From assembly GCA_034440515.1 (NCBI GenBank), contig JAWXCF010000049.1, forward strand, positions 12,948-76,947: a DNA stretch of 64,000 nt, written 5' to 3'. Positions within the stretch are counted from its first letter, which is position 1. Each line of letters begins with the position of its first letter. The DNA is from Bacteroidota bacterium. Its GTDB lineage: Bacteria > Bacteroidota > Bacteroidia > CAILMK01. Positions 30,301 through 39,704 of the stretch are shown here, piece by piece. A program made the position numbers and the translations under genes. The notes under the pieces are model-generated. The model was not told the DNA's origin. It ran no database searches and saw only the letters and a list, made by a program, of their open reading frames with translations.

Positions 30301-30663
30301 GTAAATTTTAGTTATGCCATAAGCGTGAAGCTCATTAATCTCCGAATTAAGTATAACTCCACCTCCACCTGCAAATATCTTAATATGACCAGCACCACGT
30401 TCTTTTAATAAGTCAAACATATACTTCAGATACTCATTGTGCCCCCCTTGATATGAGGTTAAAGCAATGCCTTGAACATCTTCTTGAATAGCGCAGTCCA
30501 CTATCTCACCCACACTCCTATTATGTCCCAAATGAATAACCTCACAACCAGTTGCCTGGATTATTCTCCTCATTATGTTTATAGCTGCATCGTGCCCGTC
30601 AAATAAGCTTGCCGCTGTAACTATTCGTATTTTATTCTTTGGTTTATAAACTTCAGTTTCCAT
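27301..30663 (-). CDS. icmF: Fused isobutyryl-CoA mutase-type enzyme (IcmF): B12-binding domain + MeaB-like G-protein + acyl-CoA mutase substrate domain
   Basis: N-terminal B12-binding-domain-like region (LFDGHDAA...VIHLG), a central P-loop GTPase ([12 protein letters not shown]), and a large C-terminal methylmalonyl-CoA-mutase-like barrel. About 1120 aa, as for IcmF. The real start is probably the ATG at 30661-30663; the ORF track starts at a TTG at 30687. Confidence 0.8.
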   Translation of the reverse strand: METEVYKPKNKIRIVTAASLFDGHDAAINIMRRIIQATGCEVIHLGHNRSVGEIVDCAIQEDVQGIALTSYQGGHNEYLKYMFDLLKERGAGHIKIFAGGGGVILNSEINELHAYGITKIYSPDDGRKLGLQGMINELVEACDYPTISSIDDVNWAGIPQSDFAEIAKAITYAENHDDIKSLHNKLNELGKTLKVPVLGITGTGGAGKSSLVDELVRRFINDHPDKKLAIISVDPSKRKTGGALLGDRIRMNSIHNDRVYMRSMATRESNLALSPFVAEAIKICSKSGFDLIILESAGIGQADSSVVDLSDVSMYVMTPEFGAATQLEKIDMIDYANIIAINKFDKKGALDAIRDVKKQFKRSRMLFQVADEELPIYGTMASQFNDPGVNKLYVALMDVISSVTNSPLRSTSVLAETISEKMYIIPPARNRYLAEIVENAKAYRKFTLEQKKLASQLYQLHGTIDLFRQKGLDTSHLDQLYKDTENHLHADSRRLLTEWPELKNSYKQSVLSYQVRNKNIEVPLFTETLSHIQVPKVCLPNFQDWGDVLYWILNENIPGRFPFAAGLYPFKRTEEDPIRMFAGEGGPERTNKRFHYVSADSPFKRLSTAFDSVTLYGENPDYRPDIYGKIGNSGVSIATVDDAKKLYSGFDLTNPLTSVSMTINGPAPMLLGFFLNAAIDQNCEKYITDHNLWDDVNLKINTLYNSKGVEIPKYIGEIPSSNNSLGLKLLGVSGDEVLPKVVYEQIMVDTLASVRGTVQADILKEDQAQNTCIFSIEFALRMMGDIQEYFIQQKVRNFYSVSISGYHIAEAGANPITQLALTLSNGFTFVEYYLNRGMNIDDFAPNLSFFFSNGIDAEYAVIGRVARRIWAKAMKIKYGANERSQMLKYHIQTSGRSLHAQEIDFNDIRTTLQALYAIYDNCNSLHTNAYDEAITTPTEESVRRAMAIQLIINKELGLVKNENTLQGSFIIDELTELVENAVYAEFERISERGGVLGAMETMYQRNLIQEESLYYENLKHTGELPIMGVNTFLSKSGSPTVTPGEVIRSTEQEKQAQIDAVLQFQLRNKDVSAQALKSLQQVAINNGNIFSELMQACKVCSIGQISAALYEVGGKYRRNM

Positions 30664-30685
30664 TTTACTAATTAATTGCCCATAC

Positions 30686-30693
30686 AAAGGTAA
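30686..30693 (-). promoter_or_regulatory. Candidate -7 element (TACCTTTG on minus strand) about 22 nt upstream of the icmF ATG at 30663
   Basis: Exact TAnnTTTG match. Confidence 0.3.
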
Positions 30694-30762
30694 ATTTTTT
30701 TACCTTGCAGATTATTGCTGTACTACTTCAACAAAATGAAAAGTAATCCGTATTTCATTACT

Positions 30763-30770
30763 TAGTTTTG
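30763..30770 (+). promoter_or_regulatory. Candidate Bacteroidota sigma-A -7 element (TAGTTTTG = TAnnTTTG) 24 nt upstream of the 30794 ORF
   Basis: Exact match to the TAnnTTTG consensus at an appropriate distance from the start codon. Confidence 0.3.
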
Positions 30771-30793
30771 CGGGTTTTAAAAAAAATATTAGA

Positions 30794-31375
30794 ATGAATT
30801 TAAAGGAGATTATATCTATAACAGGTAAACCTGGATTGTATAAAGTTATTGCTCAGGCAACCAGAGGCTTCATAGTAGAGAGTATTGATGAAAAGAAGTC
30901 TAGAACTTCTATTAGTTCAAATCATCAGGTGGCTATGTTAAGTGAAATAACCATTTATTCTATTGATGAGGAAAGTATAATGTTGGCTGATATATTTTTG
31001 AATCTTAAGAAGATAGACGAAGAAGGCACACTACCACAGTTAAACGCAGATGCTAGATATTTGCAAGAAATGCTAGCAAAGGTTGCACCTACATATGATA
31101 CTGAACGTGTGTATAATAGCGACATAAAAAAGCTATTAAAATGGTATAACATTTTAGAAGCAGCTAATTTATTAATTGAAGAGACTCAAGAAGTTGAAAG
31201 CACAGATGCTCAAATTGAAGTTAAAGTTGCAGAAAGCATAGAGGAACCTCTAATTTCAGAATTAGAAGAATCTAAAGAAGAGGAAATGAACACAGAAAAT
31301 ACAGAAAGTACAGAAAATGAGCCTGAGAGCGATGACCCTGAAGAAGACACCAAAACAGCAAAAGTGACTGAATAA
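30794..31375 (+). CDS. Hypothetical protein with acidic Glu-rich C-terminal tail (Bacteroidota DUF)
   Basis: 193 aa, no recognisable catalytic motif. Its stop lies 2 nt before the start of the following M3 peptidase gene. Confidence 0.5.
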   Translation: MNLKEIISITGKPGLYKVIAQATRGFIVESIDEKKSRTSISSNHQVAMLSEITIYSIDEESIMLADIFLNLKKIDEEGTLPQLNADARYLQEMLAKVAPTYDTERVYNSDIKKLLKWYNILEAANLLIEETQEVESTDAQIEVKVAESIEEPLISELEESKEEEMNTENTESTENEPESDDPEEDTKTAKVTE

Positions 31376-31377
31376 TA

Positions 31378-33096
31378 ATGGAGAACGAACAAATAGAACA
31401 GATAAATTACATAAGTCCAAGTTTAAAAATAGATGATCTAAAATCCTTAGAACAATACTTTGAAGATTTAAAGGGTAGAAAAATTCTTTCTAAGGATGAT
31501 TTAGTGAATTGGATATTTGACAAAGACGATTTAGAATCTACTATTAATGAGGACGCAGCTTGGCGATATATAAGATATACTTGTCATACTGATAATGAAG
31601 ATATTACAAAATCGTATATTGACTTTATAAATGTAATAAGTCCTTACATCAAGCCAAAATTTCACGATCTTGATACAATCTTACTTAATAATGAATTTTC
31701 TAAAGAGTTAGAGGGTAAGGCTTATGAAATATATTTGAGGAGCCTTAAAAAAGATGTTGATTTATTTAGAGAGGAAAGTATTGATTTACAAACCAAAGAG
31801 CAGGAGCTAAATCAACAATATAGCCAGATTCAGGCTGGTCAGACCATACATTATTCTGGTGAAGAATTAACGCTTCAACAAGCTGCAGTCTATTTAAAAG
31901 ATAATAATAGAACTGTACGAAAAGAAGTTTATGAACTATTGGTGGAACGCCGTGCCCAAAACACAGATAAATTACACGAAATTTTAAGTGAATTGGTAGC
32001 AATTAGACATCAAATTGCATTAAACGCAGGATTTGAAAATTTTAGAGACTATAAGTTTGTACAACTGGGAAGGTTTGACTACACCAATAAAGATGTTATA
32101 GATTTTCACCAATCAGTAAAAAATATTATTGTCCCTTTAGTAACTAAAAAACTATTGGTCAAACAAAGTAAACTAGGACTAAGTGAGTTAAAACCCTATG
32201 ACATTACAGCGGAATTACCTGGAAATAAAGCATTAAGACCTTACGAAACTTCAACAGAGTTAATTGAAAAAAGTATAAAAGTCTTTACTGCTATTCATCC
32301 AAAAATGGGCGAATATCTAACTAATATGAAAGATTCTGCTCTACTAGACCTAGACACTAGAAAAGGTAAGGCACCTGGTGGATACAATTACCCATTAGAC
32401 AAGACTAAAAAACCATTTATATTTATGAATGCTAGTGGCAAACATAGAGATATGGTTACTATGATGCACGAGGTAGGCCACGCTATTCATACTTTCCAAA
32501 GTGCTGCCTTACCATTGAATATATTTAGGCACGTACCATCAGAATTTAGCGAGGTGGCCAGTATGAGTATGGAGTTAATTTCTATGAGCCATTGGCAGGA
32601 TTTTTTTGACAATGAAGAGGATTTTAAGCGTGCAAAACACGAGTTGTTAGACGGCATATTAGAAAGTTTAACTTGGATAGCAAACGTAGATAAGTTTCAA
32701 CAGTGGCTATATACAAACCCAACACATAAAGTTTCTGATAGAAATGAAGCTTGGGTAAAGATTTACCAAGAATTTCATAGTGGTGATGTAAATTGGATTG
32801 GCTACGAGTCTGCCCTTGATACAATGTGGCAAAGGCAGTTACACATATATGAGGTTCCTTTTTACTATATTGAATATGGCTTTGCCCAGCTAGGTGCTTT
32901 AGCCGTTTGGAAGAACTATTTAGCCAACCCTAGTGTAGCAATAGAGCAATATATGAATGCCTTAGCTAGTGGCTACACCAAAACTATTCCAGAACTTTAT
33001 GAAGAAGCTGGAATAGCATTTAAGTTTGATGAAAGCTACATTAAGGACTTGAGCGCCACATTAATTACTGAATTGGAGAAATACGAGAGCAACTAA
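31378..33096 (+). CDS. pepF: M3-family oligoendopeptidase (PepF-like)
   Basis: HEVGHAIH zinc motif. About 570 aa, typical of oligoendopeptidase F. Confidence 0.8.
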   Translation: MENEQIEQINYISPSLKIDDLKSLEQYFEDLKGRKILSKDDLVNWIFDKDDLESTINEDAAWRYIRYTCHTDNEDITKSYIDFINVISPYIKPKFHDLDTILLNNEFSKELEGKAYEIYLRSLKKDVDLFREESIDLQTKEQELNQQYSQIQAGQTIHYSGEELTLQQAAVYLKDNNRTVRKEVYELLVERRAQNTDKLHEILSELVAIRHQIALNAGFENFRDYKFVQLGRFDYTNKDVIDFHQSVKNIIVPLVTKKLLVKQSKLGLSELKPYDITAELPGNKALRPYETSTELIEKSIKVFTAIHPKMGEYLTNMKDSALLDLDTRKGKAPGGYNYPLDKTKKPFIFMNASGKHRDMVTMMHEVGHAIHTFQSAALPLNIFRHVPSEFSEVASMSMELISMSHWQDFFDNEEDFKRAKHELLDGILESLTWIANVDKFQQWLYTNPTHKVSDRNEAWVKIYQEFHSGDVNWIGYESALDTMWQRQLHIYEVPFYYIEYGFAQLGALAVWKNYLANPSVAIEQYMNALASGYTKTIPELYEEAGIAFKFDESYIKDLSATLITELEKYESN

Positions 33097-33104
33097 ACAA
33101 GTAA

Positions 33105-33719
33105 ATGAAGATAATTTGTATCGGAAGAAATTATGATGCCCACATTAAAGAGTTGCAAAATGAAACCCCCGAAGACCCAATTATATTCCTAAAACCAGAT
33201 ACTGCAAGGCTTACTGACAATAAAGATTTCATATTGCCCCCTTGGTCAGATGATATGCATTATGAGCTAGAATTGATATTAAAAATAGGTAAAAATGGAA
33301 AATTTATACCAGAGAAATTTGCATATAAATATATTTCAGCTTACTCTGTTGGTATAGATTTTACAGCTAGAGACGTTCAGTCTAAATTAAAAGCCAAAGG
33401 TTTACCTTGGGAATTATCAAAGGCATTTGATAATAGTGCCGTAACTGGAACTTGGATAGAGGTGAATGATGGGAATGATTTACCAGACAATATAGAGTTT
33501 TGCTTAAAGATAAATAATGAGCTAAAACAATTAGGAAAAACTGCTAATATGATTTATAGTTGGCCTAAAATAATTGAATTCATATCTCAATACTTTACAT
33601 TGCGCCAAGGCGACATAATATATACTGGAACACCACAGGGTGTAGGTAAAATACATTCTGGTGATAAATTAGCAGGTTATATTGAAGAAAAAGAATTGTT
33701 TAATTTTTTAGTCAAGTAA
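33105..33719 (+). CDS. Fumarylacetoacetate-hydrolase-family protein (small FAH-domain acylpyruvase/hydratase type)
   Basis: 204 aa, YcgM-like. Conserved GxDYxxH-like region and C-terminal GDxIxTGTPxGVG. Confidence 0.75.
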   Translation: MKIICIGRNYDAHIKELQNETPEDPIIFLKPDTARLTDNKDFILPPWSDDMHYELELILKIGKNGKFIPEKFAYKYISAYSVGIDFTARDVQSKLKAKGLPWELSKAFDNSAVTGTWIEVNDGNDLPDNIEFCLKINNELKQLGKTANMIYSWPKIIEFISQYFTLRQGDIIYTGTPQGVGKIHSGDKLAGYIEEKELFNFLVK

Positions 33720-35468
33720 ATGACTAATAACAAGATATATATAATATTTTTTATACTGTTTGGCAGTTATGTAAATGGTCAAACTATAGCAGAAAATAGA
33801 AATTATTTTGGCAACCCCCTTTATCTACCTACAGAATTAGCAGGTACATTCGGAGAATTACGTGCTAATCATTTTCATACAGGAATCGACATTAAAACCT
33901 GCGGCGTAGAGGGTTTACCCATATATGCAGTAGCTGATGGCTACATAGGAAGAATCGGAATAAGTAGTGGCGGTTACGGATTAGTTCTATATCTGAATCA
34001 CCCAAATGGCTATACATCAGTTTATGCGCACTTGTGGAAGTTTAATGGAAAGATTGCCAAGTACATAAAATCTAGACAGATAGAACAAGAAGCTTTTGAA
34101 ATTGACATTCCTTTAGATAGCTCCCTATTGAGATTTAAAAAAGGAGAAATAATAGCTTTTAGCGGCAACAGTGGCGGCAGTACAGGACCGCATCTACACT
34201 ATGAGATAAGGGAAACACTGACCGAAAAACCTGTTAATCCTTTACTATTTGGTAGTGATATATACGACAATATAGAGCCAATAATGCAAGGCATTAAACT
34301 ATATCCTCTTACAGAAACTTCATATCTGGAGGTAGAACTACCCAATGGTAAAATAATTACTGTAAACTATAGGCAGAATTATAAGTTTTATTGTACTAAG
34401 TCAAGTGGAGGATATGTACTAAAAGGCATAAAGAAAATATCAGGCTACGGTGAAATAGGACTGGCTACACGTGGGGTGGACTTTATAAATGGAAGTTCCA
34501 ATAAATTGGGGTTGTATAAAATTCAATTGTGCGTAAACGATAAAGCACACTTTGAAAAGTGTATGAATAAATTAGACTTTAGTTTAAAGAGATTTATTAA
34601 CAACCACTGTGACTTTGCTGAATGGAAAAAAACAGGTGAGTGGTATGAGAAATGCTTCGTGCAGAATAACAACGTATTGCCAATATATGAGAACTATATA
34701 GATAACGGAGTTATAAAACTAAGTAGTACTGAAAAAACTAAAATTACCGTATATGCAATTGACATATTCAGCAACAGCAGCTCACTACCTTTTACAATTT
34801 ATAACGTAAGTAAAAAAAATCCTATAGTATCTAAAGTACAAGACACTTATGATACACTTCTACTTTACGGACAAGAAAATATAATTTCTAAACCAGATGT
34901 TTATATTAAATTCCCATTAGGTACATTTTATGACGATGTAGAATTTAGATACACAGAGAAACCAATTACTGAAAAAATATATTCCAATATTCACGTAATC
35001 GACAATACTTCAATTCCAATAAATGATTATTTTGAGGTCGCAGTAAAGCCAATAACTCTTCCAGATCATTTAAAATCTAAAGCTTGCTTAATAAACAATG
35101 CAACAGGATATATAGGTGGTACTTGGGATAAAGATATGCTTAAAGCAAAGTCAAGGTCGCTAGGAAGTTTCTACATTGTTACTGATATTGATGCTCCTAA
35201 ATTGATACCATTAAATATAAAAAATAATGCAGATTTGACTGGGAAGGCATACATAACTTTTAAGGCAACTGATAATCTAAGTGGCATAGCTACTTATAAA
35301 GCCTATATTGACAATAAATATGTATTGTTACAACGGGATGCTAAAGCGGCTCAGTTGTATTATGAGATTGACGAAAACTGTACAAAAGGTACTCATACCT
35401 TCAAAATAGTAGTTTCAGATAATAAATCAAATGTTACGTCACAAACCTATTCTTTTATTAGACGTTAA
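33720..35468 (+). CDS. Secreted M23-family metallopeptidase with long C-terminal extension
   Basis: Signal peptide. HFHTGIDI and GPHLHYEIRE (the HxxxD and HxH M23 motifs). Confidence 0.75.
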   Translation: MTNNKIYIIFFILFGSYVNGQTIAENRNYFGNPLYLPTELAGTFGELRANHFHTGIDIKTCGVEGLPIYAVADGYIGRIGISSGGYGLVLYLNHPNGYTSVYAHLWKFNGKIAKYIKSRQIEQEAFEIDIPLDSSLLRFKKGEIIAFSGNSGGSTGPHLHYEIRETLTEKPVNPLLFGSDIYDNIEPIMQGIKLYPLTETSYLEVELPNGKIITVNYRQNYKFYCTKSSGGYVLKGIKKISGYGEIGLATRGVDFINGSSNKLGLYKIQLCVNDKAHFEKCMNKLDFSLKRFINNHCDFAEWKKTGEWYEKCFVQNNNVLPIYENYIDNGVIKLSSTEKTKITVYAIDIFSNSSSLPFTIYNVSKKNPIVSKVQDTYDTLLLYGQENIISKPDVYIKFPLGTFYDDVEFRYTEKPITEKIYSNIHVIDNTSIPINDYFEVAVKPITLPDHLKSKACLINNATGYIGGTWDKDMLKAKSRSLGSFYIVTDIDAPKLIPLNIKNNADLTGKAYITFKATDNLSGIATYKAYIDNKYVLLQRDAKAAQLYYEIDENCTKGTHTFKIVVSDNKSNVTSQTYSFIRR

Positions 35469-35512
35469 TTGGGAGTTGTTTAGCATATTTGTTAAATAAC
35501 TTTTATGTTATT

Positions 35513-35971
35513 ATGAAATTAGAAGTAGGAAACAAAGCTCCAAATATATTAAGTATAGACCAAAATGGTCGAGAAATACAACTCTCAAATTACCTAGGAA
35601 AAAAAATAATTTTATACTTCTACCCCAAAGATGATACACCAGGATGTACAGCAGAGTCGTGTAATCTAAGAGATAATTACCAAGAATTAATGCATAAGGG
35701 TTTTGAAGTAATAGGTGTTAGTACCGATAGCCAAAAATCACATTTGAAATTTGCCACTAAACACAATTTACCTTTTCCGCTAATTGTTGACGAGGACAAA
35801 AAAGTAGTAAACGACTACGGAGTGTGGGGTGAAAAGAAAATGTACGGAAAAACATATATGGGTACCAATAGGGTAACATTCATAATAGATGAGAAAGGCA
35901 TAATAGAAGAAATAATAGAAAAAGTGGATACAAAAAACCACACAAGCCAAATAGAACTGTTGACTAAATAA
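35513..35971 (+). CDS. bcp: Thiol peroxidase Bcp (peroxiredoxin, AhpC/TSA family)
   Basis: PKDDTPGCTAESC peroxidatic-Cys motif. I chose the ATG at 35513; the ORF track starts at a TTG at 35489. Confidence 0.85.
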   Translation: MKLEVGNKAPNILSIDQNGREIQLSNYLGKKIILYFYPKDDTPGCTAESCNLRDNYQELMHKGFEVIGVSTDSQKSHLKFATKHNLPFPLIVDEDKKVVNDYGVWGEKKMYGKTYMGTNRVTFIIDEKGIIEEIIEKVDTKNHTSQIELLTK

Positions 35972-35977
35972 CAAACA

Positions 35978-36655
35978 ATGTCTATAATTAAAAATAAACT
36001 AGGTGAATCCTCGCCAAACTTGAATTTACAAGATATGCGGGAAAATTACACCAAAGGAGAACTACTAGAATCAGAGATTAGTCAAAATCCTATTCAACAG
36101 TTTGCACAGTGGATGGAATTTGCAGTTGCAAATAAAGTAAAAGAGCCTAATGCAATGCAATTAGCGACAGTAAGTAAACTAGGTCAACCAACCATCCGTA
36201 CAGTTTTGTTGAAAAATTTTGATAAAAATGGATTTACTTTCTTTACAAATTATTTAAGTAGAAAGGCAAATGAAATTCAAGATAATAATCACGTTGCATT
36301 ACAATTCGTGTGGTTAGACTTAGAGCGTCAAATAAGAATAGAAGGTACAACTTCTAAACTAACTAATTTACAGTCAAAGGAATACTTCAAATCACGACCA
36401 CGTGAAAGTCAATTGGCAGCTTGGGCAAGCCCTCAAAGTGATAAAATTGAAAAAATTTCACTTAAGAAACGCTTAGATCGATATAAAAATGAATTTGAAC
36501 ATTATCGATTAATACCTAAGCCTGATTTCTGGGGAGGTTACGTAGTTAAACCACATTTAATTGAGTTTTGGCAAGGGAGAGAAAGCAGATTGCACGATAG
36601 AATACAGTATGAACTTAACAATGGTATCTGGCTGATTAGTAGATTAGCGCCTTAA
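35978..36655 (+). CDS. pdxH: Pyridoxamine 5-prime-phosphate oxidase
   Basis: 225 aa. Conserved IEGT and C-terminal RLHDRIQY motifs. Confidence 0.9.
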   Translation: MSIIKNKLGESSPNLNLQDMRENYTKGELLESEISQNPIQQFAQWMEFAVANKVKEPNAMQLATVSKLGQPTIRTVLLKNFDKNGFTFFTNYLSRKANEIQDNNHVALQFVWLDLERQIRIEGTTSKLTNLQSKEYFKSRPRESQLAAWASPQSDKIEKISLKKRLDRYKNEFEHYRLIPKPDFWGGYVVKPHLIEFWQGRESRLHDRIQYELNNGIWLISRLAP

Positions 36656-36663
36656 TTACCAAT

Positions 36664-37305
36664 ATGGAAATATTAGACCTAGTCAGATTTGCCCCAGTTT
36701 CATTTTACATCCTTCTCATTACAGTATTAATTAGTTTGGCGAGCCTTTATAATGAGGGCATTCAACAACAATTAATATTACACCCATACACTTTAGTTAA
36801 GGGGCAACGACCATATTCAATCATTTCTAGTGGCTTTATTCACGGCGATTTCGGACATTTAATATTTAATGCCATTTCGTTTTACTATTTCTGCCCATTA
36901 GTGGAGACTGCTTTTGCATCATTTACATCATACGGTCACGTACTTTTTGCAATTATGTATGTTTCAGGCATCATAATTAGTGATCTAGTTTCTGTATATA
37001 GAAATCAAAATAATGCTGGTTATTTTAGTTTAGGGGCAAGTGGAGCTATATCTGCTGCTCTGTTTAGTAGCATTCTATTAGTTCCAGATATTAAGGTAGG
37101 TATTATTTTTCTACCTATCCCTATTCCAGGACCCATTTTCGCTATATTGTATGTTATTTTCAGCATCTATTCTGCACGTAGCCGAAGAGATAATATCAAT
37201 CACGAAGCACATTTATTTGGAGCCCTATATGGTTTAATATTCACGCTAATAGCTATTCCAGAATCTATTATGATATTTAGAACATATTTGGCTAAGTACA
37301 TTTAA
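36664..37305 (+). CDS. Rhomboid-family intramembrane serine protease
   Basis: 6-TM profile. GASGAISA (GxSG) in one TM helix and a catalytic His in a later TM (EAHLFGALYG). Confidence 0.7.
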   Translation: MEILDLVRFAPVSFYILLITVLISLASLYNEGIQQQLILHPYTLVKGQRPYSIISSGFIHGDFGHLIFNAISFYYFCPLVETAFASFTSYGHVLFAIMYVSGIIISDLVSVYRNQNNAGYFSLGASGAISAALFSSILLVPDIKVGIIFLPIPIPGPIFAILYVIFSIYSARSRRDNINHEAHLFGALYGLIFTLIAIPESIMIFRTYLAKYI

Positions 37306-37308
37306 TTT

Positions 37309-38085
37309 TTAACCTAAGAAACTAATCACAATTTCGTTAAACTTTTGAGGGTTCTCTAAGTTACTTACGTGTCCTACATTCTCAATTATTTGAGATTGAA
37401 TGTTTATGTTTTGTTTTAGCATCAGCTCAACTGCTTCAAGGGGAATTAACTTATCATATTCACCAGTTATAATTAGAGTTGGAACACTCAGATTCATAAG
37501 CACATCTGTATTATCAGGTCTAGCTGCTAAGGCTATTAACGTAGCTGTGATGCTTTGTGGGGAACAAAGTAATATCATATTCTCTAGTCTGCTTAAAATG
37601 TTGGCATCCTCACCGTGAACTACCTTTTTAGAAAACTCAATAGCAAATTCTTTTACCCCTTTTTCTTTAACTAATTTTATATCAGTATATCTAGCATCCT
37701 TATTTTTATTACCATCCGGTTCTGCTTTACTATCAGCCAGTATAATTCCTTTTATATTATCAGGGTATTTTCCTGCATATTGCAGTGCTAAATAGCCACC
37801 CATCGATAATCCACATAAATAAACTTGCTGCAAACCAAGATTTGTTATTAGATTATTTAAATCTTCAACCAAGTGGTGAGTTGTAAATTGAAAATCTCCA
37901 CCATCACTAATTCCGTGTCCTCTAATGTCATAAACTATTACACGGTAGTTTTCAGACATTACCTCAACTTGCTCATCCCACATACTATGATCAAAAGGGA
38001 AGCCGTGAATAAAAATGATTGTTTTTGCATTTTCATTTCCGTGATCTTCAAAATACAATTGTAAGCCTTCTGATTGGTAAAACAT
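37309..38085 (-). CDS. Alpha/beta-hydrolase-fold esterase/hydrolase
   Basis: HGFPFD oxyanion region, GLSMGGY nucleophile elbow, and a C-terminal His. Confidence 0.75.
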   Translation of the reverse strand: MFYQSEGLQLYFEDHGNENAKTIIFIHGFPFDHSMWDEQVEVMSENYRVIVYDIRGHGISDGGDFQFTTHHLVEDLNNLITNLGLQQVYLCGLSMGGYLALQYAGKYPDNIKGIILADSKAEPDGNKNKDARYTDIKLVKEKGVKEFAIEFSKKVVHGEDANILSRLENMILLCSPQSITATLIALAARPDNTDVLMNLSVPTLIITGEYDKLIPLEAVELMLKQNINIQSQIIENVGHVSNLENPQKFNEIVISFLG

Positions 38086-38110
38086 TATGCAAAATTGAGT
38101 AAAAAGTTCT

Positions 38111-38142
38111 TATAAAAAAAATTGCCTCTACTTACGTAGAGG
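38111..38142 (-). terminator. Rho-independent terminator downstream of the rRNA methyltransferase gene
   Basis: On the minus strand, GCCTCTAC-GTAA-GTAGAGGC followed by a T8 run. Confidence 0.6.
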
Positions 38143-38241
38143 CTCAACCTAATACACCAAATATGAGAAATCTAAATTCGAATAACGAAACTAAAAAATA
38201 TATTTAACCTTAGCCAATTGTATTAAAATGATAACAATAAA

Positions 38242-39639
38242 TTAATACTCTTCAAAACTCAATTGCTTTCTGATTTTCCAATCACTTGGATAGTGTACGT
38301 TTAACCTACCATTTACAACCTTGCCCCAACCAATGTTGATGTTAGAATGCCTAAGTATAAGCCATTTATTAGATCCTAGTTCTAGATTTTCAGGGCTTTT
38401 TCGTTGAAGATATTGTAGAGCCTCGCTCAAATTTAAATCCAAGTATTCTGAGTTTTTAGATTCCAAATTATCTAAGATTAAAGCAATATCTGGTATTAAA
38501 TCTTGCCTAATAATGGTTCCTATGTGGGTACCAGCTTTATAGTTTTCCATTTGACCAATTAAATGTTCAAATAAGTTTATAAAAACAGTATCAGTATGTA
38601 CTACTCTATCTAAATAAGTAAACAATAGATCTTGAATACCTTCATTGACAAAATTTACTTTAGGGTTAAACTTGCTTAATACCTTCTTTTTTAAGGGCTT
38701 ATGGTCAGCTATATCATCATCTCCATCTTTTTGAATACAGCTAAGATATTGACCCTCTCCTTGTACTTTATGCATAAAGCAATAATATCCTAGAAATGGC
38801 TTACTATCTGAAACTGGAATTTCTACTGTAGTTAGGTCCCATTTTTTTGCATCATTTTCATTTAAATATACTGGCAGCATTTCACTAGAATTTTCCGCAT
38901 ACAGCTCTACTAATGGATCAAAGTTTTCAGCCGATTCAAATGTGCAGGTACTGTAAATTAATCGACCACCTGGTGCTAATAGTTCCCAAGCCATAGTCAA
39001 CAGATTTTTTTGAATAACAGAACATTGCTTTACAAGTGCTGGGCTCCATTGAGATACAGCGTATTCATCTTTTCTAAACATACCCTCTCCACTACAGGGG
39101 GCATCTATCAGTATTATATCAAAGCATTCTTTAAAATTATTAAAATCATCAACCCCTGCCCTAGTTATTATTACATTTCGTGTTCCCCATTTAGTCAAAT
39201 TTTCTTGCAATACCATATTCCTCTTGCCAACTAATTCATTACTTACCAGTAGGCTACCAGCAGGTAATTCATCATAAAGTAGTGAAGACTTTCCGCCTGG
39301 TGCTGCACACAAGTCAAGAGCACGTACAGGTTGCTCTAAATCTTTTAAGAATTTGTTAAATACCATACTGCTAGCCTCTTGACTGTAATAAGCACCGGCG
39401 TGATACAAAGGGTCTAATACATATTGTGGTCTTGGAGATAAATATCTACCTAACTCAGAATACCAAGGAATGGCTTTAGAATCTGGATATAAACCAGTTC
39501 CTTTAGTCGGGTGTAGTCGTATAGATGAAGGTGAATTACTTTCAAATGACATTAAAAGTGCATCAAATTCTAACTGACCAAACTGCGAAATGAAATTGGC
39601 TTTGAATTTATCTGGTAATTGTATTGATTTTTCCCTCAC
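38242..39639 (-). CDS. NOL1/NOP2/Sun-family rRNA cytosine-C5 methyltransferase (RsmF-like, with C-terminal extension)
   Basis: SAM-binding LDLCAAPGGKS and catalytic DAPCSGEG / YSTCTF motifs. Confidence 0.75.
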   Translation of the reverse strand: MREKSIQLPDKFKANFISQFGQLEFDALLMSFESNSPSSIRLHPTKGTGLYPDSKAIPWYSELGRYLSPRPQYVLDPLYHAGAYYSQEASSMVFNKFLKDLEQPVRALDLCAAPGGKSSLLYDELPAGSLLVSNELVGKRNMVLQENLTKWGTRNVIITRAGVDDFNNFKECFDIILIDAPCSGEGMFRKDEYAVSQWSPALVKQCSVIQKNLLTMAWELLAPGGRLIYSTCTFESAENFDPLVELYAENSSEMLPVYLNENDAKKWDLTTVEIPVSDSKPFLGYYCFMHKVQGEGQYLSCIQKDGDDDIADHKPLKKKVLSKFNPKVNFVNEGIQDLLFTYLDRVVHTDTVFINLFEHLIGQMENYKAGTHIGTIIRQDLIPDIALILDNLESKNSEYLDLNLSEALQYLQRKSPENLELGSNKWLILRHSNINIGWGKVVNGRLNVHYPSDWKIRKQLSFEEY

Positions 39640-39704
39640 TTATCCATTATGATATCGGACATTTGCACCTTGATTCAAAAAAATCCGATTCAAAATATAC
39701 TGTA

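Noticed and set aside
27301-30687. Splitting the 1128-aa ORF into separate meaB and mutase genes
   Set aside because: The reading frame is continuous, and the domain order B12-GTPase-barrel matches fused IcmF.
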